A DNA stretch of 64,000 nucleotides from assembly GCA_963744145.1 (NCBI GenBank), contig CAVUSO010000001.1, positions 1,600,001-1,664,000 of the forward strand. Reading direction: 5' to 3'. Every line of letters begins with the position of its first letter. Within the stretch, counting starts at the first letter, position 1. Below, in pieces: positions 1 through 11,970 of the stretch. The notes under the pieces are model-generated. The model saw only the letters and a program-made list of their open reading frames with translations, did not search any database and was not told where the DNA came from. The DNA is from an uncultured cyanobacterium (GTDB lineage: Bacteria; Cyanobacteriota; Cyanobacteriia; Cyanobacteriales; CAWUOF01). A program made the translations under genes and the position numbers.

Positions 1-1837
<1,837 letters not shown>

Positions 1838-2328
1838 CTATAATTACAAAATCAGGAAATATGACAATCAGCTCTGATCACATAGTGCCATACTTCTCTC
1901 GCTACTATTCAAAAATATTGAAACATTACTAAATCGTTAATATTCTATATATTCATTGATGAATCCATTAGCGATCAGCCCAACCCAGACCCAAATCCAA
2001 AGCGCAGTGGACTAAGTTTTTGGTGGTGCTTGGTGATATAAATCACCCAGAAAGTCAGAAATACTCACTGATGAACTCTCAATAGTGATGTAAGAGACAA
2101 GCTGCTAGAACTCGACGATATAGCAGCTTATTTTTGGCGATCGCATTCAACTAACAATTAATCACTAATAAAGCTAATCGTGGGACAAATCTATATATTA
2201 GGGGCATTGTGGGTAGTTAAAATTTAGAGAATTGGTATAACCTCCAATTTACTGGATTAACTTTACATTTTCTATGTTAAATATGCGATCGCGATCAGTA
2301 ATGAATTAGAGTTCTTGGATCTTATAAG

Positions 2329-2808
2329 TTACAAGTCTTTGTGCGAGTAAAGACTCCAGAAACTACAACCACCACACACTAATGAAACAAGGAATAAAAA
2401 ACCACCAGTTGGCAGATGTCCTGGAGGTGAACTGGTGTTAAATGTAAGGTCGTTATAATCCAACAATTCCCCTCTCTTGCTCCATCCTAATATATCAATA
2501 AATTTTCCATAAACCTCACCTCCTACATCAGGATGTCCCCCAAGACTTTCCCAGATTTGCTTTTGCACACTAAAGCCAAAATAGCTATAGGAATATTTAA
2601 CCCATAACTGATCTATAGTACAAAGGTCTTTACTGGGAATATTTAACCAATCATCACTCAATAGATATCCTTTTTTTTCACGATTAGAAGCCTTTAAGAT
2701 CAGATGGTAAGTTGTCTCATCAGCCTCTTTCCATTTACCACCAGCTAGTAACTTACGCAGAGGAGCGTAATCTATTCCTACTTCACTCTGAAGAATAATC
2801 TCGCTCAT
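2329..2808 (-). CDS. GUN4-like domain protein
   Basis: DYAPLRKLL..GKWKEADETT, DLCTIDQLWVKYS...FGFSVQKQIW and P.GHLP are GUN4-domain motifs. Confidence 0.85.
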   Translation of the reverse strand: MSEIILQSEVGIDYAPLRKLLAGGKWKEADETTYHLILKASNREKKGYLLSDDWLNIPSKDLCTIDQLWVKYSYSYFGFSVQKQIWESLGGHPDVGGEVYGKFIDILGWSKRGELLDYNDLTFNTSSPPGHLPTGGFLFLVSLVCGGCSFWSLYSHKDL

Positions 2809-2842
2809 AATTTCACCATACTAATTTAAAAATTGTCGCTAT

Positions 2843-3568
2843 TTAAACTAATCTGGCACCACCATCAACTGGCAAAACAATTCCAGTAACAAAACTATTG
2901 CCTGCTAGAAATAAAATAGCATCAGCAATATCTTCAACATGACCAATACGTTTGGTAGGAAGTTGCATAGCTTGCTGTTGAAAAAAGGCTAATCGCTCCG
3001 ATTCTGGTAAACGCTCCCAGTAGGGAGTCTCAATCAATCCAGCCGAGACCGCATTAACACGCACAGGAGCTAGTTCTAAAGCTAGAGGTCGAGTAAGAGC
3101 TTCAATCGCTCCATTAATTGCTGCTGTTGCGCCCATACCTCGAATTCCTTTGCTAGCAGCAATACCAGTTACAAAAGTAATTGACCCGGTTGACTTAACG
3201 TAGGAAGAACTATGACGCACTACATTTATATGAACCCAGAATTTCTGATCAACAGCACGATGTAACTCCGTACTATCTAAATTGGCAAATATTCCCAATG
3301 CGGTGCCACCTCCAGCAGCGATCACCAGATGGTCAAATTCGCCTACTTCTGTAAAAAATTTAGCTACTGATGCTTCATCGCTCCCTTCTAGGCAATAGCC
3401 TGTAATCAAATCAGGAAACTGCTGTTGTGCATTAGCTATTTTATCCTGCGATCGCCCAGTAATCACAACTGAAGCCCCAGTATGGATAAATGCTTGAGCT
3501 GTAGACCATCCAATTCCTGAACTACCACCTACGATAATAACCCGTTGTTTAGAAAACTTCATATTCAT
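2843..3568 (-). CDS. Short-chain dehydrogenase/reductase (atypical SDR)
   Basis: GGSSGIG Rossmann motif, VRVNAVSAG, VDGG C-terminus; catalytic YxxxK appears replaced by TAAIN. Confidence 0.9.
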   Translation of the reverse strand: MNMKFSKQRVIIVGGSSGIGWSTAQAFIHTGASVVITGRSQDKIANAQQQFPDLITGYCLEGSDEASVAKFFTEVGEFDHLVIAAGGGTALGIFANLDSTELHRAVDQKFWVHINVVRHSSSYVKSTGSITFVTGIAASKGIRGMGATAAINGAIEALTRPLALELAPVRVNAVSAGLIETPYWERLPESERLAFFQQQAMQLPTKRIGHVEDIADAILFLAGNSFVTGIVLPVDGGARLV

Positions 3569-3661
3569 ATTCTAAACTCCTAATGCTTCTTTTTTCGGTT
3601 TGTCTGGATTGAGAACACTAATTGTTGCACTCATAGAGCCTTTTTCCCTCACCCTAGATCA

Positions 3662-4705
3662 TTATTCATCAATTTGCCAGACATCCTTATTAAGTTCCTC
3701 ATCCAGAATTCGCTTGGGACGTACTATCGTTAAAACTTTCCCCAGTAATTCGATCGCTGGTTCTTCTTCAAACCATTGAAACTCTAAATTTTCACCTTCT
3801 TCAATGATAAAATAACTATTAGATTCCCATACTCTTATTGCTCGATCTACAATCACTAAAACATCTTCAACATAACCAGAAATTTTTCCAGGTAAGCGAT
3901 CGCTATTGGCAATAATTACGACTGGATCTTCAGCATTCAAAACTATTTGCCATCCTGGAATTGGCACCCATGCACCTGTACCCGAAAATTTTACCATCCC
4001 AAAAGCATTAGTTGCTTCAATGACTGGCACAACTTTTAAATCTGCTCGGGTAATGGGCATTTCCCCCACTACGGGTAAAATTCGCGGTAATTCTGCTTCT
4101 GATTCTAAACGATAAATTGGTAAAGTCGGAGCTGGACGTTTTGGTAATACAGTAAAATCAGTGAGGAGATTTTCAATTTGCTCCCGAGCTGATTCAGTTT
4201 GTACAAATCTTAATCCTTGGGCAATTAAACGCGATCGCTCCTGTAAATCAGATATTTGTTTAGCTCTTTTCCAATATAGATAAGCTAAACAATCTCCTGG
4301 ATGGTCTGAAAATCCGGCTGGGGTTGGTCGTAAATAGGAAAAATCTTTGATCGCTTTGGCTAATTCCCGAGCCTGATCAACATCCAACTTTTTAGTTAAC
4401 ACAAATTCAGCGGCGCTACTTCGTTCTGATCCAGACAGAATCCGCAACTCATATAAAACATCACTACCCTTATTAGTAAAATGCGATCGCGTTGACTCGG
4501 ATACACCATTATTGACGATGGTAGTATAAACCTGAAAACCGACAATAATCTGATTTTGTTGAATGGGTTCAAATCCTGTTTCTTCAAAAATACGCTGGGG
4601 ACTGTAACCGGATTTTTGCAAACTTTGACAAGCTTGTCCCCATTCCACCCAATTACCTTCTTTACGACGGAGACGTTGGATTAAATTTTCAATTTCAATA
4701 GTCAT
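3662..4705 (-). CDS. raf1: RuBisCO accumulation factor 1
   Basis: LRRKEGNWVEWG, IFEETGFEPIQQNQIIV, GSDVLYELRIL and the C-terminal WQIDE are characteristic of Raf1. Confidence 0.92.
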   Translation of the reverse strand: MTIEIENLIQRLRRKEGNWVEWGQACQSLQKSGYSPQRIFEETGFEPIQQNQIIVGFQVYTTIVNNGVSESTRSHFTNKGSDVLYELRILSGSERSSAAEFVLTKKLDVDQARELAKAIKDFSYLRPTPAGFSDHPGDCLAYLYWKRAKQISDLQERSRLIAQGLRFVQTESAREQIENLLTDFTVLPKRPAPTLPIYRLESEAELPRILPVVGEMPITRADLKVVPVIEATNAFGMVKFSGTGAWVPIPGWQIVLNAEDPVVIIANSDRLPGKISGYVEDVLVIVDRAIRVWESNSYFIIEEGENLEFQWFEEEPAIELLGKVLTIVRPKRILDEELNKDVWQIDE

Positions 4706-4738
4706 GGATTATGATTAGTCATCAATGATGAAGTATAA

Positions 4739-4999
4739 TTAGTTTTGCTTATTAGTTTCTTGTTCTTGTTTAGCACCAGATTCTTTAACTGTAGTAGCGG
4801 CATCTTTTGCTCGATTAATCGGTACTAAAATTGGATTAGGAGAACTTGATGCAGTTCCCGCTGGACTAGCAGTAGGAGCTGTACTTGGATCGGTCGTCGT
4901 GGCCGAATTTTGGGCAGGTGGTGGGGCAGAAGATGAGCAAGCAACGACTAAGGGCAAGATCATAGTTGTCAGACAGACAGTGAGTTTGAGATTGAGCAT
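4739..4999 (-). CDS. Small putative lipoprotein
   Basis: From ATG 4999: MLNLK, a hydrophobic stretch, lipobox VVAC and a Pro/Ser/Thr/Ala-rich mature part. Confidence 0.7.
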   Translation of the reverse strand: MLNLKLTVCLTTMILPLVVACSSSAPPPAQNSATTTDPSTAPTASPAGTASSSPNPILVPINRAKDAATTVKESGAKQEQETNKQN

Positions 5000-5140
5000 T
5001 TTTTTTCCTGGAGATGGGGAGAGCGGCATTTGGCCAGGTTGACTGGCGATCGAAATCCTGATCTTGAGCCTAACATACTCTGAGCCTAACTTAAATGCCA
5101 GATAACGCTAAAATAATACGGTTGTAATTTGTAGCGGACT

Positions 5141-6436
5141 GTGATCGAACGGTATACTCTGCCCGAAATGGGTGAATTGTGGACTGATAATTATAAATTT
5201 AAAACCTGGTTACAAGTAGAAATTGCGGTATGTGAGGCTCAAGCTGAATTGGGATATATCCCAGAGGATGCTGTCAAGGAAATTAAAGCCAAAGCTAACT
5301 TTGATGTGAACCGTGTCCTCGAAATAGAAGCTGAAGTCCGTCATGACATGATTGCGTTTCTCACTAATGTCAATGAATATGTAGGAGAAGCAGGACGTTA
5401 TATTCACTTAGGTCTAACCAGCTCAGATGTATTAGATACGGCTTTAGCATTACAATTGGTAGCCAGTCTAGACTTGATTTTGGAACGAATTGAGGATTTA
5501 AGTCAAGCAATTCGTTATCAAGCCCAACAACATCGCTCAACTGTAATGATTGGTCGCTCCCACGGAATTCATGCTGAACCGATTACCTTTGGGTTTAAAC
5601 TAGCTGGTTGGTTAGCAGAAGTATTTCGCGATCGCGATCGCTTAGTCAATTTACGTCGTAGTATTGCTGTTGGCAAAATTTCCGGTGCTGTGGGCACTTA
5701 TGCGAATATCGACCCACAGATTGAAGCGATCGCTTGTCAAAAACTAGGATTAAAACCTGATTGTGCTTCAACACAAGTAATATCACGCGATCGCCATGCT
5801 GAATATGTGCAACAATTAGCTCTAGTAGCTGCATCCATTGAACGTTTTGCTGTGGAAATTCGCAACTTACAGCGGACTGATGTGCTGGAAGTAGAAGAAT
5901 TCTTTGCTAAAGGTCAAAAAGGTTCTTCAGCTATGCCCCACAAGCGTAATCCCATCCGTTCCGAACGCTTAACTGGAATCGCCAGAGTGATCCGGGGTCA
6001 TGCGATCGCGGCTTTAGAAAATGTAGCACTTTGGCACGAACGAGATATTTCCCATAGTTCCGTCGAGCGGATCATTTTCCCGGATGCTTGTACTTTAACC
6101 CATTTTATGATCTATGAAATCACCGATTTAGTCAAAAATCTACTTGTTTATCCCCAAAATATGGCCCGAAATCTCAATGTTTACGGGGGAGTTGTCTTTA
6201 GTCAAGGAGTGCTATTAGCTTTAGTAGAAAAAGGATTAAGTCGGGAGCAAGCATATAGTATTGTTCAATCTTGCGCTCATCAAGCATGGAATCAACCAGA
6301 AGGTAATTTTCATGATTTAATTAGCCAAGATGAGCGCGTGACTACTAAGCTATCTTCTGAAGAGATCGAAGCTTGTTTTAATCCACAACATCATCTCCGA
6401 CATTTAGATCAAGTTTATCAACGGTTAGGAATTTAA
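5141..6436 (+). CDS. purB: Adenylosuccinate lyase
   Basis: MIERY start, GRSHGIHAEP, fumarate-lyase signature GSSAMPHKRNP. Confidence 0.97.
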   Translation: MIERYTLPEMGELWTDNYKFKTWLQVEIAVCEAQAELGYIPEDAVKEIKAKANFDVNRVLEIEAEVRHDMIAFLTNVNEYVGEAGRYIHLGLTSSDVLDTALALQLVASLDLILERIEDLSQAIRYQAQQHRSTVMIGRSHGIHAEPITFGFKLAGWLAEVFRDRDRLVNLRRSIAVGKISGAVGTYANIDPQIEAIACQKLGLKPDCASTQVISRDRHAEYVQQLALVAASIERFAVEIRNLQRTDVLEVEEFFAKGQKGSSAMPHKRNPIRSERLTGIARVIRGHAIAALENVALWHERDISHSSVERIIFPDACTLTHFMIYEITDLVKNLLVYPQNMARNLNVYGGVVFSQGVLLALVEKGLSREQAYSIVQSCAHQAWNQPEGNFHDLISQDERVTTKLSSEEIEACFNPQHHLRHLDQVYQRLGI

Positions 6437-6438
6437 TC

Positions 6439-6580
6439 GTAGGGGCGAAGCATTCGGGCGAAAATTAATAGCTTAAACTTTACCCTGAGTGCTCCCTGAG
6501 CCTTGCCCTGAGCGTAGTCGAAGGGGGAGTCGAAGGGCGTAGTCGAAGGGCTGTTAATATTATATCCGAATGCTTCGCCC
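6439..6580. repeat. GTAG-type REP/MITE-like element containing nested short repeats
   Basis: Begins GTAG; 15-bp inverted repeat gggcgaagcattcgg (6443-6457) / ccgaatgcttcgccc (6566-6580); inside are three ccctgag and three agtcgaaggg units. Confidence 0.8.
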
Positions 6581-6588
6581 TTCTTATT

Positions 6589-8364
6589 TTAATCTACTAA
6601 ATCATAAAATAAATCATTAATCTTTTTGAAAAAATTACTCGATGATCTTTCTCCAAAAATAGCACTATACCAAACTTGCCACATTAATAAAAGCCATAAA
6701 TTTCTCCCCACTCTTCCTCCTTTCATCAAACCTCCCACTTTACCACTAATTATTTGTTCACTGAAATCAGGATTCCAGATTCCTTGCTCGCGCAATCGAC
6801 TCCGACTTAACCATTTTCTCACATCTCTGCGTAATTCATTTAAGCATAATGTGGTTACAGGAACAGCCATTCCTTGTTTTTCTCTCCAAACTATTTCTGG
6901 AGGTAACCAAGATGCGACAGCTTTTTTCAGGATATACTTTTCACAAGCTCCCTGTAAACAAAATTCACCCGGTAATTGAAAACTCCACTCAGTTAAAGGA
7001 AAATCACAAAAAGGCGATCGCACTCGTAATCCTTGAGACATGGCTAAGTTATTGGCTCGAGGTTGAATATTTTGCGCTCCTTTTAACATTAAGGTTGCTC
7101 GTCGTAATTTGGCTAACCAATCGGTACAAAATTGTGGATCTAAAGCTTCTGCTAACCAGTCAATTGGGTTAATTGTTTGAATGTTTCTCAATACTTCCCT
7201 TTGAAAACAAATCGATTCATAACCAGATAAAGCGCCAAAAGTATCTAGATATTGACGGTTAAAGTCTTTAAATCCAGCGGGATTTTCCTGGTTATAAATT
7301 CCCGCAGCAATTAAGGGTTTATTTGTCCATCCAGCAAATAATTGATCACCATTTTCTCCATTAAAAATTAAAGCAGTTTCTTGACTAGCAACTTGGGTTA
7401 ATAAAAATAATGGTAAAGTTGCACCATCCCCAAAAGGTAAATCTAATGCTTGAACTGTGGGAATTAAAGCTTTTCTAAGTTTATCTGGGGTGACAGTAAC
7501 TTTGATTAAGGGAATTTTGAGAAAATCTGCTACTTGTTGAGCATAGGGTAATTCGGAAGTATTCTTATTCCTTAATATGGGCTCAAAATCTAAAGTATAA
7601 GCACGTATTTTTATCCCTGCTTGCACTAATAAAGCTGCGACGATCGAAGAATCAATTCCACCGGATAAAAATATGCCATAATCATCATTAGTTAAATCAG
7701 CTATTTGCCGATTAATTGCAGCTTTTAATAGATTTTGTAGTTGGAATATTGCCTCTTCTTCATGTTTAATTAACTCAGGTGCTTGTTGCCATTGATGTAG
7801 TTTAGTTGTTACTCTTTCCGTTGGATTATTAGCTACCCATTTAACTTCTGTTCCCGCAGCGATCGCCAAAATATTTTCGATGGGTGATAGAGGTGTTGGT
7901 ACATAAGAAAAACAACTATATCCATAAATAGCTGGGATACTAAGGTGGTAATTTTCTCTTAAGGGTAAAAGTAGTTGCAATCTAGAAGCAAACCAAATGC
8001 TGTGGGAAAGTTCCGTCCAATATAGGGGTAATCTTCCCAAAGGTTCTCTTCCTAAAATACAGGATATTCCCTGCAATTTTACCCAAATTTCTGGCTGATC
8101 CTCTAATCCTGTAGCTGATAAAGAAAAGGTAATTTCCTCTCCCTGGTCAAATAAGTTAGAGTTAAAATTGTCTCCACTAGAACCAATATAAGCAACACCC
8201 CAAATTAGTGAATTTCCCTCCGACCGGATATCTAATTTACCTTGGTAGCGTTTGATCTGATTTGGTTTTTGGGTAATTAAAACTTGACCTAATAAGTCTT
8301 CTGCTTCAGATTGGATAGCATTACCCCAATATCCAATAAATTGAGCTGGCTGAGTTATACCCAC
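6589..8364 (-). CDS. Asparagine synthetase (AsnB)-like protein
   Basis: FLSGGIDSS ATP-pyrophosphatase motif, RSPF, EKYILKKA, WREKQG; degenerate N-terminal GATase-like domain. Confidence 0.85.
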   Translation of the reverse strand: MGITQPAQFIGYWGNAIQSEAEDLLGQVLITQKPNQIKRYQGKLDIRSEGNSLIWGVAYIGSSGDNFNSNLFDQGEEITFSLSATGLEDQPEIWVKLQGISCILGREPLGRLPLYWTELSHSIWFASRLQLLLPLRENYHLSIPAIYGYSCFSYVPTPLSPIENILAIAAGTEVKWVANNPTERVTTKLHQWQQAPELIKHEEEAIFQLQNLLKAAINRQIADLTNDDYGIFLSGGIDSSIVAALLVQAGIKIRAYTLDFEPILRNKNTSELPYAQQVADFLKIPLIKVTVTPDKLRKALIPTVQALDLPFGDGATLPLFLLTQVASQETALIFNGENGDQLFAGWTNKPLIAAGIYNQENPAGFKDFNRQYLDTFGALSGYESICFQREVLRNIQTINPIDWLAEALDPQFCTDWLAKLRRATLMLKGAQNIQPRANNLAMSQGLRVRSPFCDFPLTEWSFQLPGEFCLQGACEKYILKKAVASWLPPEIVWREKQGMAVPVTTLCLNELRRDVRKWLSRSRLREQGIWNPDFSEQIISGKVGGLMKGGRVGRNLWLLLMWQVWYSAIFGERSSSNFFKKINDLFYDLVD

Positions 8365-8365
8365 T

Positions 8366-8989
8366 TTACTTAACCGTAAAAGTGTTTTTACTAATAATAT
8401 GATCTCCTAACCGCATTTCTACTTGCCAAGATCCAGTTTTTGCTGTGGAATTAAACTCATAATAGCAATAAGTCGGCCAGGGATTGCGATCGACTTGACG
8501 AGTTTGATATTGGCTTTGATGAGCAATTTGACCGCTTGGATCAATCCAATTACAGGTTAAGGAGAGTTTTTCTCCCAAGGGCGCATTAGTTAGGGTAACA
8601 CGGTAATAAGCAGTGGGATTGGTTTGACGATCGACAATGTTTACCGGAATCCCTTGATCTTGAGCTAAGGTGACGTTACTAGAATAAGCCGTAATCTGGG
8701 CAAAAGTTGTTTGACGAGTGACAGTATAAACTGTGGTTGCTGCGATCGCCATTATTAAAATCCCGATTACCCCCGCAATTACCCATTGACGTTGCTTGGT
8801 TTGGACTGCAAGCACTTCTCGACGTTGGACTTGAACTAAAGCATCATCAAGTAAATCTGGGGACAAATTTAATTCTTGCAAAATCTCCTGGACCTGTGTC
8901 CGATCTAGTTCCATTTCCCGTTTTCGCGATAGCTGCTCGATTTCTGCAATTACTTTCGCTAGTTCCTCTTGATTTAGTCTTTTGTCCAT
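8366..8989 (-). CDS. Single-pass membrane protein, DUF3859-like C-terminal beta domain
   Basis: Helical N-terminus, one TM segment, CNWIDPSG...G.WQVEM C-terminal domain; abuts the asnB-like gene. Confidence 0.65.
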   Translation of the reverse strand: MDKRLNQEELAKVIAEIEQLSRKREMELDRTQVQEILQELNLSPDLLDDALVQVQRREVLAVQTKQRQWVIAGVIGILIMAIAATTVYTVTRQTTFAQITAYSSNVTLAQDQGIPVNIVDRQTNPTAYYRVTLTNAPLGEKLSLTCNWIDPSGQIAHQSQYQTRQVDRNPWPTYCYYEFNSTAKTGSWQVEMRLGDHIISKNTFTVK

Positions 8990-9192
8990 TTCGTCCTCTT
9001 GACTAGATGTTAAATTTTGGCAGAAAAATTTTCTTGGACAATTAATTGATTAAAAATCAAACTCTCTGACAAACTATAATAATCGATCACAAATTTGCAA
9101 TTAATGGCTAACCGGTTGCGGAACTGGCTAGTTAGAGATTGTAGCTAACTTCAGTTTAGTTAGTCTAGTAGCGTATTCAGGGTAGCAGAATC

Positions 9193-9810
9193 ATGAACAA
9201 ATATTTAATTGAATCTAGTGACGATTCTCCCAGTCAGGAGGAGCTTGATTTGTTGCAAATAATCCTCGAACCAGAAGCTTCTTATCCTTGGAATCCAGCT
9301 CAACCAGAGTCAGAAGCTTTTTTTACTCAGTTAGAACATAAATTTACCTTCGCTGAGTTATCCCTTGATGACATCGAAATGCGATCGCAACAATTATTTA
9401 GTCAATTAGATCGACTGTGGGAAATTACTGATCCTTCAGTCATTGAGGAAAGTTCCCTTTTAAAAAAACTGTTGGCGCTTTTGTCTGAACAGTTTGCCCC
9501 CCTTGTCCCTCAATCTTGGTTAAATGCGATCGCACAGCAAGCAGAAATATTAACCGATGCTAATCACTCCCATCTATCTTTGGAAACAAAGCTAGTCGAA
9601 TGCGTGCAAGAGCTTTTACCGAATTGGTTAACAGAGGATTTACAAGTCTTAGCGCGACCCTACGCTTGGGCAATGCGGTCTTCTGAACCTCCTAATTTAC
9701 GAGCGGTAGATTGGACTGAGTTATCGGAAATTGAACAGGTTCGTTTCACTTTAGCGATCGCTCATTTTGCGCTCTCTCAGGTAAATATTTCTGACCATCC
9801 TTCATCGTAA
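9193..9810 (+). CDS. Hypothetical protein of cyanobacterial type
   Basis: 205-aa ORF with motifs YPWNP, ARPYAWAMR, W.ELSEIEQ.R; no function recognised. Confidence 0.75.
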   Translation: MNKYLIESSDDSPSQEELDLLQIILEPEASYPWNPAQPESEAFFTQLEHKFTFAELSLDDIEMRSQQLFSQLDRLWEITDPSVIEESSLLKKLLALLSEQFAPLVPQSWLNAIAQQAEILTDANHSHLSLETKLVECVQELLPNWLTEDLQVLARPYAWAMRSSEPPNLRAVDWTELSEIEQVRFTLAIAHFALSQVNISDHPSS

Positions 9811-9908
9811 ATAGTGAACGGTTAAAAGTAAAGAGCAAGCCCTTCTTTCTCTTTTCTTTTTTCTCTTTCACTATTTTTTTTGCCTTTGATTAAAATAGTT
9901 TTTACGCA

Positions 9909-11204
9909 TCAATTAGAAATTCTCGTAGCGAAGTTTTGCGATCGCGTTGGTGATAGTACCCTTGCTTTCAAAATTGCTGCACCTAAAAACGCATAAGACA
10001 ATACTCCTACTAATGCCAATACTAACACATTATAATTGCCCGTGGCATTCCATAAAGCATGAAGTCCGGCAGCAGTTAAATACCCAATTACCAATATTTG
10101 CCATCGATGTTTAGGTTTAAGAACACTTAGACCAATAAAATATCCTAAATAACCACTATAAGCCATGTGACCTGCCACTGATCCTAAAATTCTGGGAATT
10201 AATAATTGTAATCCTAACAATTCTCCATTAATTATTCCTACACCTAATGTTCCCGTATGTATCGCTTGGGGAACATATTGTCCTAGAGTTTCCATCAGAG
10301 TAAAAGCTACCGCACTAGCTGTTCCTAATAAAATACCATCTAAAGGTTCCCACACCCCAATCTGTTCTCGTCCAGGTGATTTTAAGCATCTACCCAGAAA
10401 CCAAGCTCCTAAGACTGGTAAAGCTTTGAGCAATTCTTCCATTAATCCTGCCCCAAAAAACATTTTCACTAATAAATCTAAAAAGTCGGTTGGGGGAACC
10501 TCTACTTTGCCTGGTAAAAGCTTACGAAAAAAGAATATAAATATATTTAAAATTGGGCTGTGTAAAATTAACAGCATGGTACAACCACATCCCCCAATTA
10601 CCCACCAGGGTTTGTGTTTACCACAAAGTTGATAGACAAAATAGTAAGCTGCTCCAGCTAGATAAGCAGCAAGAACTAAGTTAAATAGACCTGCTTTCCC
10701 GATCGAAACAAACATCAAGACCACAAACAGCACCGTCAACATCCCAGGAATCAGATAAGCTTTGCGGCTTAATTCTCCTCCTGTTGCAAAAATTGGGAAT
10801 AATTGGGTGAGAGTGAGGGAATCTGAGGGAAACTGGGGTGCAGAACTGACTGTTTGACATTGAAAAATGAATTCAGGACCATTAACTGCGAGGGTAATGC
10901 GATCGCCAGTTTGCAAAGGTTCACATCCCTGAATGCGTTTGGCATTAATATAGGTGCCATTAGCACTATTCAGATCACAAATGAGCCAAATTGCTTGCTG
11001 ATTTCCCTGGTTGACCGTCGATCTGATCAGTGCGTGATGTCTAGATACACCAGTATAGATTTGAGAATCCAGAAAGATTTGGCAATCCCGATCGCGTCCC
11101 AAAGTAATTTCGGTGTCAGCAGACCAGGTAAATAATGGCTGATCTGATGTTTTACCTGCTTTTAACTCCCATAGTTCAGCTCGAGCAGGAATTTGACCTG
11201 TCAT
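9909..11204 (-). CDS. FHA domain + PrsW-family intramembrane glutamic protease
   Basis: FHA motifs GR, VSRHHA, DLNSANGT; PrsW motifs EELLK, F..ME, H and HALWN; start moved to ATG 11204 to avoid overlap with def. Confidence 0.88.
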   Translation of the reverse strand: MTGQIPARAELWELKAGKTSDQPLFTWSADTEITLGRDRDCQIFLDSQIYTGVSRHHALIRSTVNQGNQQAIWLICDLNSANGTYINAKRIQGCEPLQTGDRITLAVNGPEFIFQCQTVSSAPQFPSDSLTLTQLFPIFATGGELSRKAYLIPGMLTVLFVVLMFVSIGKAGLFNLVLAAYLAGAAYYFVYQLCGKHKPWWVIGGCGCTMLLILHSPILNIFIFFFRKLLPGKVEVPPTDFLDLLVKMFFGAGLMEELLKALPVLGAWFLGRCLKSPGREQIGVWEPLDGILLGTASAVAFTLMETLGQYVPQAIHTGTLGVGIINGELLGLQLLIPRILGSVAGHMAYSGYLGYFIGLSVLKPKHRWQILVIGYLTAAGLHALWNATGNYNVLVLALVGVLSYAFLGAAILKARVLSPTRSQNFATRISN

Positions 11205-11220
11205 ATTGATTTTAGCAGTT

Positions 11221-11784
11221 TCACTGGACTGGTTTAACCGCATTATTGGCAAAACCATGTTTAGCCAGTTCCTGAGTTAGGGCTAATCGGTTGTCTACTC
11301 GATCGACAAATAGGACACCATAAAGATGATCCATTTCATGTTGAATCGCCCGAGATAATAGCCCAGAAGCCATCATCGCTTGGGGATGTCCATGTTCATC
11401 TTTATAGGATATTTCGATTAGTTCAGGACGTTTAACGTCTAAATAAACACCAGGAATGCTCAAACACCCTTCTTGAAAAACACAAATCTCTCCACCCAGT
11501 TCTTTAATAGTGGGATTAATTAAAACTAAGGGAGGTGTAGCCGAATTTTGGGGATCACAGTCAATCACAATCAGTTGTTTTTGAATACCAACTTGTGGAG
11601 CTGCTAAACCGATCCCATCAGCACTGTACATAGTTTGCAGCATTTCTTTGACCAGCTGCCGAATTTCTCGATTTACTTGAGCTACACGCTTGGACTTTTG
11701 ACGCAATGCCTGATCACCTAGATTATGAATCTCTAGGGGCGGTTTGGCCAATTTTTTCTTCTCAACCAGAATTTGTGAGGTCAT
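11221..11784 (-). CDS. def: Peptide deformylase
   Basis: GIGLAAPQVG, EGCLS, QHEMDHL. Confidence 0.97.
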   Translation of the reverse strand: MTSQILVEKKKLAKPPLEIHNLGDQALRQKSKRVAQVNREIRQLVKEMLQTMYSADGIGLAAPQVGIQKQLIVIDCDPQNSATPPLVLINPTIKELGGEICVFQEGCLSIPGVYLDVKRPELIEISYKDEHGHPQAMMASGLLSRAIQHEMDHLYGVLFVDRVDNRLALTQELAKHGFANNAVKPVQ

Positions 11785-11914
11785 GAGTTTAATTAATGAA
11801 AATGCTGCTAGGTTTTAAATATGAGAGTTCCTTTTAATCTTAGCCAAAACCGTTGTTTTCTGCTTCGATCGCAAGTTTAATTAGAAATTTTTTTAAATTG
11901 CCAAGTTTATCTAG

Positions 11915-11962
11915 GTGTCAGAAATCAGTTTGATGATGCTCTCAAATCTGACTCCTGACAAC
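11915..11962 (-). terminator. Stem-loop downstream of rpsJ (possible terminator or stabiliser of the str operon)
   Basis: tgtcagaaatcagtttga ... tcaaatctgactcctgaca imperfect inverted repeat just after the rpsJ stop. Confidence 0.4.
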
Positions 11963-11970
11963 TGCTCCGT

